64,000 bases of DNA from Octopus vulgaris (GCA_951406725.2 OX597817.1:4588001-4652000), one strand, 5' to 3'; positions 41,500 through 56,669 are shown, numbered from the stretch's first letter. Notes: a model not told the origin generated them from the sequence alone. Program-made: numbers and translations.

Positions 41500-41935
41500 T
41501 CATTGAGTCTTGCATGTGTAGCGGGCTTGCTACCTTCAACCTACGGTACCATGCTATCCGTTCTTATCAGCATTCTCATTCTTTCCTGATTATACTGACC
41601 GTGCCAAGGAGGCAAACTTTTTGTAACAATTCTACTGGGCACTTTTTTTCGAATTCCCTTTACATTTTTCTTGATGCTTTCTGATACTGTCCTCAAGAAC
41701 CCAAAACTAATTGGCACTATCTTCACCTTCTTCATTTTCAATAGCCCGGGCTATTTCTTACTTAAGTGGGTCATATTTATTGCCTTCCTTCTTGACACTT
41801 CGTGGGTCAAAGCGCACGCAGTATCAACTATATAGCACATGCGGTGTATCTTGTCCACCAACACTACAGCCTGTCTGTTATGCTCTGGCACCTGATCTGT
41901 TTGAATTGGTAAATCCCAGAGAAGTTTACTAGTCA
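41500..41935 (-). mobile_element. R4/Dong LINE 3' RLE fragment of the same family as 20115-20560
   Basis: Reverse-complement similarity to 20115-20560, e.g. gttacaaaaagtttgcctccttggcacgg. Confidence 0.85.
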
Positions 41936-42083
41936 CCGGTGCTGCCACTATCTGTGGTTTGTGCAAATGATATGTCTTGCCTCCACGTCTCAGCGGATAT
42001 ACTTGTTCTTTCCCACGGTTCAACCTCCAGTTCGTGGTCCAAGTTCGGTCTTGAGTACTATTATTATTATTATTATTATTATT

Positions 42084-42640
42084 GAGTGAGAGAGCAGTGC
42101 ATTCCATCAAAGTGACACTGGGGTAAAATATACGAAGCCCAATATACCCATCATGACTACCCGTCTGATAAGGGTACACCAGGCACATGCATCACAACCA
42201 TATGTGCGCGACATGGTGATCTCATATCAAGATAAACAGCACATGACCTTGCAGGTGGGGCCCAGTTAGAATTTTCTTCTGGTGGAGTAGCCCATCCCGC
42301 TCAAAAGGTCCCTGAATAAGGGTTGTTTAAGGATGTTGAAAGAACCACCTATGTTTCCAGAGGTGAACTATTCAAACCCCAAAGAATCCCTCTCAACACA
42401 TGGCTATGATGCTCCCCCACTACTTCTGCTCATGATCAGAGATGCACATATCGTCAGCCACTAAGGGACATGCTCAACTGGTTAAGGTCAAACAACTGAC
42501 AAGCAAATCTGTGGTATTGAGCAGAATATTTGCTGTAGCCCATCTTTTATACCAAGACAAAACAATGTACATGATAACACTTCCAATCAGTTAAGATCAG
42601 AAGCCATGAGAGCCACTGCCTGGTACTGCATCAGGGCATT
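42084..42640 (-). mobile_element. Non-coding repeat flanked by (TAA)n, probably the 5' UTR of a Dong-type LINE
   Basis: Bounded by (TTA)n on both sides; its left end recurs inverted at about 43180-43260. The 5' UTR assignment is inference. Confidence 0.55.
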
Positions 42641-42643
42641 TTA

Positions 42644-42705
<62 letters not shown>

Positions 42706-42829
42706 GTTATTATTATTATTATTATTAACATAATCATCATCATCATCATTATCATCATCATCATCATCAACATTATTAACATTATTATTATTATTATCAT
42801 TATTATTATTATTAATTATTATTATTATT

Positions 42830-43110
42830 ATCTTATGTTTGACATTTTTCTTTGTATTTGTACAAGTTGGCTCCAAGTCTCACCCAGAGACCTTAAGAGG
42901 CAACAAATCAGAAATTAATGTTGCTGTAATGCTTAGGGTGCCATATATTTGATTTTGTACATAGTGTTTTTCCAGAGAGCGTATAAGAAACCACGAGAAA
43001 ATTATGCTTGTTTTAAAATTTGAGATTACATAGACGGTATTTTATGCAGGATACGGGCAGTTCTCATGAGCACTATCTTTTGAATTTCTGCCATTTTAGG
43101 GTTTCCTAGT
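42830..43110 (-). mobile_element. RLE-LINE 3' end with (TAA)n tail
   Basis: Minus strand gives LGNPKMAEIQKIVLMRTARILHKIPSM-stop, then a UTR and (AAT)n. Confidence 0.75.
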
Positions 43111-43422
43111 GTCATGCGTTGAAACTATGTCGTCTCGGGATGAGATGTGCTGCCACCAAACCGAAACAAAAATCTATGACAGGTAGTCATGATGAGTATA
43201 CTGGTCTTCATATATTTTACCCCAGTGTCACTTTGATGGCATGCATTGCTCTCTATCTAACCCAATAACAATGATTTCTTATTATTGGCCACAAGGGTCC
43301 AAGTCATGGAAGGAATGTCGAAGGACGAGTTACAGTGCAAAAAAATTACAAAAACATGTGGGGTTAACTTCAATCAAGAGGAAATTCTACCACATTAAAA
43401 TATATAATAAAATACACCTGCA

Positions 43423-44081
<659 letters not shown>

Positions 44082-45749
44082 AATCGGGATTATGATCAGG
44101 ATTATGATCAGGATCATGGTGATGGTGGCGGTGTGACTGCAGAGGTGGCAGATGACACTGTCGTATTTCGTGAGTTGTGAATCTACAACGCATGCATATT
44201 TGATTTTATAACATTTCAGCCGTTTCAGAAGCTATCCTCAATATTATTACATCTGATATTATCAAATATGTTATTGAAATTGTCATGATATTGCTGCCAG
44301 CAACACATACACATTTAAATATTTATTTGTTGATATGATATTGAGGCATTCACGATTGACAGAGATTCTAATCATGGATTGAATAACTTTTGACATCATA
44401 TTTCCTTTAGCATATTTCAAGAAATTACTCATATATTATGTCAATATTTATAAACACAGTGAGTCCCCTATTGGCAACTGATGTTACTTAACTGAGACAG
44501 AAAATAAACAGTGTCTTGTAGCAATAAACAGAGAAAGACAAGAAACTTGTTGGTTTTTGTTACAATATAACTAAACGAGATTGAATGTATTTGGCGTAGT
44601 GAAGGTATTACTGTCCTGTTTTTCTCCAAAGTTTTGAATATACGAACTGAGTAACTGAAGACTTAATCGAAATCCGTTTGCGGATTTCATTAGCCGATCT
44701 CATACTATTTTGCCACGAGACTTATTGCACTGTATATGAACAGACTAACTTCACAGGAAGCATCAAGTTAGCATGCCATACCTCTTTTATACGGAACCGT
44801 CATGTATGACGATTGGGCGATATGACGATCATGTAATTAAAAATGTCTCGATTAGGATATTTACCTGCTCGCAAAACCTTGCTCGCGAAGAGGAAAATAT
44901 GTGTCATGTACATAGTCGTTTAGCATGCGAGTAATATCATCCAAATTTTCGTCGAATTCCACCTTAGTATCATAAAACAGAGATAATGTACTCAAGACTA
45001 GCGAAGATGTGCTAGCCAATACTTGAACACGTTTGATCAACAGACGTCTCGTTGAATGAGTTATACAAATGACTTAGAACTACATCTCCCTCCCAAAAGA
45101 GAAGATTACCATTACTCTTCAGTCCACGTTCGTTCGGTTAACATTAAACAAAGAAGGACACCCCAGAAGTAACAAACAATTCGAAGTAGAATGTTACTAT
45201 TATAGAAATTTCATGTGTGTGTCTAAAAAATTGCAAAACTGATCTTATTTCTGAACAAAAGGAATATGCTTACCATATCGAAAGCTTACCATATCTCGTT
45301 GAAACTATTTTTCGAATCATACAGTTTCTTGGAGATAGATGAACATCAAAAATTATGTGTATAAGCTTCCTGTGTAAAATTGTAATATGTGGCACGTTCC
45401 TGGCCAAATATATATTTTGCTTTTCCTGTTTCTAATACTGTTTTCTATTTATCGTATCTTTTTCATGTGTCTCTATCAATATATCAATTTATTTATATAC
45501 AAATACCCACCCAGAGAAACCCACGCATGCACATAATGCAAAAAACAACCCATCCAACATTCGGAGATATCTTGTGGATCTACAAACATTCTGGAGCTGT
45601 CTTCAGCTAGAAAGGTAACTGTTTATATTCGTAATCTTTCATTGCAGCAAAGAGTTCTCTAAGGTTACGGACAGCCGTATACTTCTGAAGCTCTATTTCT
45701 TTGTGTTACCTCCGGTTATTCTATATTTCTCTGAGTTTCGAATGACATT

Positions 45750-46760
45750 CATGCTTGAGTTTCTTGTTAGAGAATGTTATTTTAATTCTTAATCTGAGGC
45801 AACTAAATCCTGACGCTTTTTAATCGATGAGTTTCGTGATTTCAACGTTGTTGTCTTTTTGGAGAAACCAGCTGTTATTTTTGCTTCTGACTCAACATTG
45901 ATATTTCGAATTGAAGGACATTATTTATCAGCTGACAGATGGATGGGGGACGGGGTGAAACTTAACGCCATGACAACAATTATTTGAAGTTGTCTTTGAT
46001 GACAGGATTTTTTTAATTTTCTATATATTACATTGTTCACATTTGTATTGTTGTTGTATGTTGTAATAATGGCGGCATTCATGTGGTCTGAAATTGATTG
46101 GAGGCTGGGAACTGTATACCATTGATCAAAAATGAATGTTCCAAACGTAAGCCAAGGTCACTAAGATTAAACCTTGCAACGCCTTTCTTTAGCAGGAAAA
46201 TTCCATTGTCAAAAACTCTTTCTATTCTTAGATTAAAGTCTCCGAAGAGCAGAAGTCTGTCTCCATCTAGAACATTCAAATTCATATTACTCAGTTGTAG
46301 GTAAAACTAATTTTGCCATCTTTATCTTCATCAATGACTGGAAAATAAGCTGAGATATGTATGATAATGTTTCCTTGAGATAATCATACCCGGGATGTCA
46401 TAATTACTTCGCTGGTTGCAACTGGGGTCTGTTGATGGTCTCGAGCAATCTGGTTCTTAATAGAAAAACCAGTTCCTTGGGTTATTTTCTCTTCTTTTTC
46501 TCCTTTTCCAAAAAAGCATAGCCCTTCCCTTGAGAATCCCATTTCACACAAAGCAGCAATATCACCAATGAAACCCGGATAGGTCATTTGAGATAGGTGC
46601 TGCAATTGTCGTACACCCGAATGCAGTTTTCTTAGAGTGTGAATTACTGAATCTAGTGGCACATCGTGGCACTGAGAAGTTGCTCCTGATATTTAGTTTA
46701 CATTTCTTAGGATCTTCAGAATTCAGGGTACGCAGCGACATTCTTGAATAAGACTGTAGC
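45750..46760 (-). mobile_element. Degenerate RTE-type LINE, APE endonuclease region
   Basis: DIAALCE, FFGKGEKEE...QGTGFSIKNQI and DRLLLFGDFNLRI. Confidence 0.8.
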
Positions 46761-48155
46761 GACACTGATATAGGATCTGAACTCTCAGGTAACGACAGGT
46801 GCTGAAAAGGTAGATGCCACACGTCTGCTATCATCGTGCAATTCTACACTAGATGCTTGAAGCAACACCAAACCTGTCTTAACTACATCCTTATTCCGTC
46901 ACGGTGAAATTTTCCAAGTAAAACACGTGTAAAATAAAAGTTTGAAGGAAAACTTACCGGGGAGAACTGCTCAAGGCATGAATTTCTCGATATGGGATTT
47001 TAACTTGCCGGGATGTAATACAGGCCCTATAGTTTTAGGACAATCCTCTTTTCATGTGCCCTATGGTTTTAGGACAATCCTCTTTACGCATGCGATTTGA
47101 AACAGGTAGTATCATATTATTAAATTTACTGAGAAGTCGCTGACTGTTTTAAATCTCAAATGGCCTCTTCTTAGTCACTCCACCTGGCGTTGCCAACCCT
47201 GATATATAGTCCGTAGGCATTCGTCAGAACCGTGAGACCATGCATCTGCGCCTGAAGAATACATGTCAATTGCTCTTAGGGGTGCAGTGTCTGCTGTGGC
47301 TGTACAAGTCCACGTAGGAGTAGAGGTCATGTACACAGCGACAGCATTGGAACAATATCTCTACAGGCGATACTGATTTTCCCTCCCTTTGGGTGCAAGT
47401 TCCGTTGGTGTCAAGCTACAGTTTCTCTTTCCCTCCCTTCATTCCCATCGGCAGTGGGCGAGCATTTGTGACCTCTTCCCCTCCTAGGACGTATTGACTT
47501 CATATCTTTGTTGCAGAAATGAAGATGTAGCTGTCCTCGTGCTAGGAAACACTGTAAATAATCTCAAACATACATTTGTATTAGCAGCTTCACGTAATTT
47601 CATATTTTCTTGTAAAAGCAATATGCATTAAACAATTTCTTGATACTAAATGCTTAACATTGTATATTTACTGTTTATTACTCCAGGAAACGAAAACTAT
47701 AAACATATGTGAGCAAAGCTAGAGACAGAGGGAAGGAAATTGAGAGCGGGGGGGGCAGACAGAAGGGTGGTTGAAAAACAGTGACCAGACAGACAGAGAC
47801 AAATCTCCATCAAATCGTATGCTATGGCGCCTTAAACAAGGAGACCATGAAAAATGTAGTCCATGGTATACATAGGGATGACATTCTCGCTCTAATCTAT
47901 ATTACTAGTAAAAATTAAGAAATAAAACAACTTCTAACGGACGAATAAGCTACTACGATTAGCGGCCAAATGTCTGTCGAAGCAGGTAATATACATGTAG
48001 ACCTTTATATAAAAATTGGTGGGTGCCCCTTCAGCATAGGGCTTTCATAATAATGTAAAAGACATAAAAATAATTCAGAGACTCACTTGATTTCATGTAG
48101 ATCCTTGTCTCTTTTCTTGTTTCCTTTCATGCACTAATGTACACTAAATAGTCAG

Positions 48156-48229
<74 letters not shown>

Positions 48230-49452
48230 ATATTCACTGATTATTGATACACTGCTAAGATACAATATTTAACATGCCATAGTATATCTTGTACTTCTGT
48301 ACGTCTATGTGCATTTATATATGTGTGTTCATATTTGCATGTGTATGCAGACAAATATATATGAATTCATATGAAGATATGTATTAAATAAATATATTTA
48401 TAATTGTATATATCTGCATGCTTAGAGATTCCCTACATACTTTCATGTTTGTTTCTATTTAAATATTTAGTTATATAGACGATGCGAAGGAGAAAGGATA
48501 TGTCTATTTTTCACACACACCCTATACCATCCATTTTACATTACTTAGCACCCCTCAGTCATCACAACCTACATTTCTTATCTCTCTCCCTCTCTATCTC
48601 ATACCGTCACTCGTTCACGTTATAGCTGGCCATCTCTCCAGTGCATTGTCAAGCAAACCATTGCATAATTTATTGCGAACTTGCCCAAGTTGCCGGCAGC
48701 AAGATATTCAAATTTAAGCAAACCTCTCCATCATCAACGAATTTGCTGTTATTTCAATTTATAAGTAAGATTGTGCAACACTTCACCAGCGGATTGTGGT
48801 CTAGTGTTGGTGTCAGTGTTAATGTTGATGGTGCTGTGATATGTTATGGTGTTGATGAAAAGGTGTTGGTTGGACGGGAGGCGTAAAAGTTGTAGATTGT
48901 CCTTGGAATTTGTTACAATTATGTTAAATATATTGGCTTCAAGTTTAGATATCTAAAGTTTACGTTTAATCCAGACACTCTGTGAGTGTGTGTGTGTAGG
49001 AGTGCGTGTGTGTATACATTACGTGACTAAGATATGCAACTACATACATATATATATATATATGTAAGTAAATGAGTGGAAATCGAACCGGCGTGTGTGT
49101 GTGTGCTAAGTAATTTGGCATTAAAAGAGGATGACTCTCCTCAGACGCAATAAAATATGCTCAACATACGAATTCACATAAAGAATCTTGAACACCAAAT
49201 ACAAAAACGATATATATATATATACATGCATACATACATACACGTATATATATATACATGCATACATACATACATATATATATATATACATGCATACATA
49301 CATACACATATATATATATACATGCATACATACATATATATATACATACATATATATATATACATGCATACATACATATATATATACATGCATACATACA
49401 TATATATATACATACATACATATATATATACATGCATACATACATATACATG

Positions 49453-49497
<45 letters not shown>

Positions 49498-49927
49498 TTT
49501 GTGTATGTATGTGAGCGTGTGTGAGTTTGTGTGTGTGTGTGGGGGGGGGTGCATATCTGCATAAATTTAAGCATTGGTATTTAATGAGACACACTACCAA
49601 ATACATGCATATATTCTTCTATCGACTGCCTTTGTCCTCTCCATCCCTTCTTTTCCTTTCTTCTCTTCTCTTTTCTTTATTCATTCTTTTACTAATCTCC
49701 CTCTTTCCTGTTTATTCCTGTTCCATTTACCTTCTACTTACGATCATTGCCTTCTTTGTTCTCTTCCTCACGCCTGTACCATTCTTTAAGTGATCTGCTC
49801 GGTTATAACCAGAAACGATTCTGACAAAAGTAGCATTAACAGTATAAGTCGTTCAATTTTTCTCAACTGATCAATGGGCCAAATAGGTAAACCTATCAAC
49901 CAGTAACCTACATATATATATATATAT

Positions 49928-50258
49928 GAAGGCGCATGGCTCAGTGGTTGGAGCGTCGAGCTTACGATCACGAGATTGTGAGTTTGAATCCCAGACCGGG
50001 CTGCGTGTTGTGTTCTTGAGCAAGGCACTTTATTTCATATTGCTCCTGTTCACTCAGCTGTAGAAATGAGTTGCGACGGCACTGGTGCCAAGCTGTGTCG
50101 GTCCCCTTTGCCTTTCCCTTGGATAAAACTGGTGGCATGGAGAGGGGAGGTCGGTATGCATGGGCGACTGCTGGTATTCCATGAACAACTGTGCCCGGAC
50201 TTGGGAGGGTAACTTCCTAGGTGCAATCCCATAGTCAGACATGACTGAAGGGGGTCTC
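49928..50258 (+). mobile_element. tRNA-derived SINE family D
   Basis: Head ggcgcatggctcagtggttggagcg...gagtttgaatccc with A/B boxes; body cttgagcaaggcacttt...ctcagctgtagaaatgagt. Confidence 0.85.
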
Positions 50259-50396
50259 AGCATATATATATATATTCTTTTATTCTTTAATTCTTTTACT
50301 TCTTTCAGTCGCATGACTGCAGTCATGCTGGAGCAACACATTGAATTTTTTTTTAATCGAATGGGTCAACCCTAGTACTTAATATATATAAAACAC

Positions 50397-50684
50397 AGCC
50401 TTCGGTCATGATCGAGCATGGGATTGCACCTAGAATGTTTCTCTCCGAGGTACAAGTCCGGGCAAGCTTTTTTATGGAAGACCTGTAGTCACCAATGCTA
50501 TGTAAGAGAAGGGCAAAGTCCGATACATCTTGCCACCGGTGACGTCGCACCTCATTTCTACAGAACTGAGTGAACTGAAGCAAGGTATTGCTTAGGAACA
50601 CAACAGAGAACCCGATCTGGGAATCGAACTCATGGCCTTATGATTGTGAGCCCGACGCTGTAACTACTGAGCTATGCACCTTCA
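50397..50684 (-). mobile_element. SINE family D, diverged inverted copy
   Basis: Reverse-complement similarity to 49928-50258. Confidence 0.8.
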
Positions 50685-51049
50685 CACGCACCCACACACA
50701 TATGTACGTATATAGAAACGCGTAGGGACATCCTTTAACATGTGTGTGTGGAGAGAAAATGCTATTGTAGTCGTTTGTACAACTTTTGAGAAGGTGAGTC
50801 TCAATAAATACCTACATGTGTGCACGTTTCCGTGCCTGGGTATACTTTGTATGTGTCTTGTTAATCTGGTGATGACTTCGTTACTGTATCAAATCACTTA
50901 AGAGGTGTTGTACATTGTGAGCTAGAAAGTAAGCTCGTAAACGTCACTAATTTCCCCTGTTGCCCATATTAGAATTTAGTAATTAGAGATATCATCTTCG
51001 TGCATATAAAGAATGTCCATAATTGATATGAGGGCAAAGATTTACGAAG

Positions 51050-52300
51050 CACTATTTTTATCCAATAATGAAATATAATTTATCAGCTGCAGAGAAGATA
51101 TGCATAATTTGGCAAGTTTTATTGTTATACATGTATTAGAGGGATCAAGTCATAAGAATGGCCATGCGATGAACATGTTTTCGAAGGAGCTGATAAAAGT
51201 ATTGAAATAACTCGGCCTGTCCATGACAGTTACCAACGACATGACCACAGGTAAGTAAAGGTGGGCCCCGTCAGTGATGGTCAATTCGATTTTGGAGATT
51301 TCATTTCGGATATCACAAAGTCTCCAGAGAAAACGAGACTAAAATGGGGACCGTCGGCTTCCGAGTCTTGACACAAGAACTAAAAACGGATACGTACCAC
51401 CCTTTCAATAAGCCCGACAGAGAAACTGTGCATATTTGCAGCAACTCGAATCACACATCTGCTGTAATTAGAAACCCAGTTTCAGGCGTTAGCAGAAGAA
51501 TGTTTAAGTTTTCAGCCGATAAAGGGATCCTAAAGAGGGTCATTACGTATTAAAATGACGCATTGACGGGAAAATGATTATTTAAGAAGCTAGAATATAT
51601 AGATGACCCCAGCTCATACATCGGAGGAGGACCAGAAGTAGAAAGACAACCTTGTTCAACCCTACATTTTACCGACAATGCTTGAGCAACTTGGTTACGA
51701 TTTTCTTGTCATTGAGTTATAAAAATTTCCCTGCATAAATACTATAAGCTTTTCAAATGAAATAACGTCAAGGCGAGCAACTCCTGCTTAGATAACATTG
51801 TTTCTAACACTGCAATCTAAGAGATACGCAAAAATGCACCCACACAACCGCCAATTCCAACTTGTAATTTTCGAAACCCTACCAACTGTCCTCTAGTAGT
51901 ATCCTGCATCTCAAGGGCTGCCGCCTACAGAGCCATCCTAACACCATTTAATGACATCATAAGGTACTACATATCATAAGGTACTACACAGGTATGACTT
52001 AAAGGACAGTTACACGCAGCAAATGCATTTGCTTAGATGCAAGGAAGAGAACCCCACCTCTTTATCTCGTGTCCTCTTGAGTCTTCGCAACCCCCAGAAA
52101 GAAACCTCCAAATTCGAATGAACGAGTGGTATCAACAGTGTTAAATCCACCAGTCTATTACTATTAGTAACAACATCACAGTAAACAAATAGTGATAACT
52201 TATCACTACAAAATTGTATCTATAACAAAGAACTTGTTCCAGAAACGACGTTCAGACAATGCGACAAACATAGACTAAATCAACATCACATCACGAACAT
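51050..52300 (+). pseudogene. Degenerate Penelope-like element ORF (RT thumb, linker, GIY-YIG endonuclease)
   Basis: TYHPFNKPDRETVHICSNSNHTSAVIRN...SRRMFKFS; HKYYKLF..NNVKASNSCLDNI; CNFRNPTNCPL; YYTGMT...PTSLSR. Many stops and frameshifts. Confidence 0.82.
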
Positions 52301-52518
52301 AATATCCCTCCAACTCGAAGCCTAATAAAGACTAGTGGAACAACACATCTCGTAAACAATATCATCAATGTACAAGGAAAAGGCAAGTTTAGATCATTAT
52401 CTATGAAACACGCTCAGTATTATAGAATATATTAACCAAATAAATTGCTCATTAAAATTGAAATAAAAAAGGGAAATAAAACCAAATAAAATTTTGAAAA
52501 TCATATAAATATATAGAC

Positions 52519-52590
<72 letters not shown>

Positions 52591-55202
52591 TTCTAATTAA
52601 TACAAATAAGTAATAACACGTTCTTACAACAAAAAACCTAAATACCGTATTATGATAAAACGGCCAAGGAACTCGTTACTTGGGAACAACTGAAATTGCC
52701 CTTAATTATAGAATAAATAAATATATATGTAGCTTAAATCAATACATACGCTTACAAACTATAAACATATGCGCCTAGAAACTGTAAACTAAAATACTGA
52801 AGATATAATTCAGAGCTGTAAGAATGCAGGAATATCATTGCTGCTTTATGGAGACAAGGATTATAAAGTGGAAGTGTTTCAAATTTTATTCCGCAACAAT
52901 TAGTTCTCATCATACAACAGAACCTTCTACATATGTATCTAATATGTGCACTGTTCTATTGATACCTGTGAGAATACTAGTTTGACTGACTTGTAAGAAT
53001 GAGGTTTTTCGAAGACAAATTTCGAGCAAAAATGTTATAATTTACATTCAGAAGGCTGCTGGACTCTTGAATACATTGGTTTCCTAGCCATGTTTACCAA
53101 GGCCCAGCGCTTAATGTCATAGAATTGGTGACAAATTCTATACAGGAAAACGTACGGTAAGTGGTCGATTCCTTAAATGAAATTTAAGTTCTAGTAAATC
53201 ATTAATCATGAGAAGCAAGCTGCTATTTAAAAGCTTCTACCTGTAATATATTCATATGTGTGTGCTTGTGTACGTATGTATATGTTTATATGTATGTGCG
53301 TGTGTGTGCGCGACTACGTGAACGTGTGTGTGTATTTTTCTCTCAGAATATTCCCAAAAATAGATTTATAACACTAAGTAACCTTAGGAATACTCAAAGC
53401 TGTATTTGAAATACAAGGGGTTCTATTTTATGTTGACTTTGACTGAAGTATTGATAAATCTTCGGCTTACAAAAAATTTGTGCGTATTCATTTCTATCTT
53501 TTGTATTTGAGAATATTAAAAAATGGATTTTAAATTTCAAATAATTGTTTGATAACTTACAATTAATATAATGGTACTTTTTATACAAAGCATTGGTTAC
53601 TGCTTTTAAAAATTTTACATATACTAATCTGAATATACAGAAGAACTATTTTTCTTACCAGTGGATCAAACGAAACCAATATAAGATTATACCTCCCGAG
53701 AAATCTTTGATATAAAGATATAAATCTTGTATAAGTTTGAATTGTTTTGTTCTTTTTTTTATTTTACGAAGCAAGAAGGCGAATAACTTCATCATGTGCA
53801 GAGGGCAAATTAGACTGGCGCTAGGTTTCCTCTCAGTCCCTTCTATAAGGCCGTATGTTAAAATCTAGTATATTATTCTCCACCTATCAAGGACTGATTG
53901 CTGGATGATGTTCCTAATCTACCGATTTGATAAATGTTGAATAGTTTCCAACGGATGCGTTTGATAAACATACGTTCAATCTCGCTCAATAAGTAAACCC
54001 ACATGGAAACGTACTTATTCAAAGATTTTCTACGAATTTTTCAGCACTTAGTTTGTTCTATAATCTAAATAGTGTTATGACTCTATACCCACCTACGTCA
54101 TAGTTTTCATTCCATTCCCATGTCTTTATCACCTGATGAGTCCTTAATTCGCTCATCCAAGTTCTGAATGTTAGGGTGATTCCATCTGTTTTCTGTCCAG
54201 TATATTATCGGTGCTGTGCTGCAATCAACCTGCACATGTTAACCAGGTATGTGGCTCATAAGAAAAAACTTAATACACCTCGATGAAGTGACATTTTCCT
54301 TCTTGATGTCTATATTCACCACATTTAATTAAGCATCCCCAACATATGCTTTCTACCCCCAGCTTTTCATACAGGATATTTTCCATTTCAGAACAACTTA
54401 GATCGTTTTGGGGTTGTATTTCTTTTTCTATATATATGGTTGTCACCACGGAGGCGCCTCTGTGGTGGGTGCCCCAAAATCATTTGTGAACTATTATTTT
54501 GACTTATTTTGAAAGATACTGTTCCCCAATTAACTTTCCGCACTTGCAATTTCTGTATTTTTGTTTTCCTTTTTAACTCCTTCTTACGTCTATTAATTTT
54601 ATTCCTTGTTAGCTTTCACTTAATTAAATTGCAGATTTGCATCTTGAAAATTGAGCAGGGCATTCATAGCATTTAGAATCTAGAAATGATATCTTCAACT
54701 ATGTATGATAAATTGATTATACTGATCACTGTTTGTGATCAGAATGCACAAGTAGCCCAAATTGACATTGCTTTACTCTATACTATTCTTGACATTGACA
54801 CTAAAGTGTGCCTCAGTTGAAAATGACCCAAAGAAACCCTTACTGTGTATCTTTCAAAGAATCGAATGCCTGCGTATTTTCTTCATATTTATTCCGAGGT
54901 TTTCTACATTTCACATAGAAAGTCTATTTCAGACAACCTCTATGAATCTCTGTTCCTTGTAACCAAATATATGACGAATTTGAAACATTTACACAGGAGG
55001 AATTAATACAAAGTGACGTGACTATGAAGCTGTTGACAACGTTATAAAATCACTTTTTGTTTCATACAGTTCAACTAAATTTTCAAAATATGTAAGGGTA
55101 TATTTATTCTGTTGTAAGTCTAAAATCGTTGTCCTAAAAAGTGCAGGAAAAAAACTGGAGTAAATTAAATCAATTGTATTCAACTTAAAGTAAGAAAATT
55201 AC

Positions 55203-55329
55203 CAGTAAGGTAAATTATTATCTATATGATGAATAAGTTTGGTGGGTAACATGAAGATTAAATCACCGAAAACTGACAAACTTTTGCGTTCTGCATTTCC
55301 TGTTTTTTTTTTATTCTGACTTTCTTCAC
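55203..55329 (-). other. Candidate 127-nt internal coding exon of an unidentified host gene
   Basis: tcgttctttAG acceptor and GTaatt donor; one open frame (EESQNKKKTGNAERKSLSVFGDLIFMLPTKLIHHIDNNLPY) in non-repetitive DNA. No recognised homology. Confidence 0.25.
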
Positions 55330-55967
55330 CTAAAGAACGATAGTGTAAGTACCCAGCTGGAACTGCCATAAGTTGATCAGCTATATTCATCAACAGAACT
55401 AAATCCAAGATCATCCCTGATTGAACAGAGCAATGGTGAAATACTTTCCATTCGTGGCTATTATTCCAACACATAATTTATCTACAACTATACCATCCGA
55501 TCTAATTTTGAAATGTTAAAGTGAAGTTTGTGGGTGATTTAATAACTATTTTCAGCAAGTCATGGTTTGAAGGAGAGAGTGTTGCTCTTTGAAAGCAGGA
55601 AACACTCAGACGTTCATCTAAAAATAAAATATAACTATTTAGAAAACAAATTTAGAAAACAAAATCGATAAAATCTCGGACGTCTCTTAAACGTCGGTTT
55701 TCTTTTCCTTCTTTCTACTCCCCTTCCACTTATCTGATTTTTGTCACTCTTCAATTTTATTTCGGGTTTTTAATTTTTTTTTCTTTACCACTGTAATTGG
55801 AGTAGTGTATGTGATTATAACATCACTGTTATTGTTATATGATAATCTAAGTAAATATTGAATTTAATCATCACCATAACAGTTTAAACATCATATCAAC
55901 AGTGGCTTCCTTGCAACATATACACTAACACTCCCTCGATCAACATATTTATTCTCCTCCTTTTCAA

Positions 55968-56175
<208 letters not shown>

Positions 56176-56669
56176 ATTGCGACCCTACAGCACTCCTCTT
56201 CCTCCCCTTCCTGAATAATCATCATCATCATCATCACTACTATATTTTCCCTCCACTTGTCAATATATCATGATTTATATTAAACATCCACAATATTTTT
56301 AAACATATATCTGTTATGAACATTCGTGTGTGAGTGTGAGAGTGTGTATAAATATGTGCATGTATGTACATTCTGAAGCGCATGTATAAATTTATGTATG
56401 TTTCTGCTAGTGTGGATGGGTGAGTTTGTATGTATGTATGTATGTATATATGTATGTATGTATGTTTGCATGTATGTATGTATGTATGTATGTATGCATA
56501 TATATATATGCACATATACACACACGCACGCGCACACACACATACATACATACATATATGCACAGTCATCCCAGTGTACATGGAAACATATATACACATA
56601 AATGAATATACTCAAATGCATTGAGCGGGTATATATGATTCGGTATTCCGAGTATGGGTTTACGGACAC

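Noticed and set aside
44655-44688. CTGAAGA-cttaatc-GAAA-TCCG tttg CGGA-TT
   Set aside because: Core and stem III are present but neither stem II nor stem I pairs, so it cannot be supported as an HHR.
48089-48145. Possible minus-strand mini-exon ending in a GTGAGT donor
   Set aside because: Weak acceptor, and the frame is incompatible with the candidate exon at 55203-55329.
54134-54160. CTGATGAG followed by a hairpin
   Set aside because: No GAAA or stem III; the core itself is sequestered by ctcatc.
54444-54467. 24-bp GC-rich palindrome
   Set aside because: No CTRR end or other element boundary nearby.
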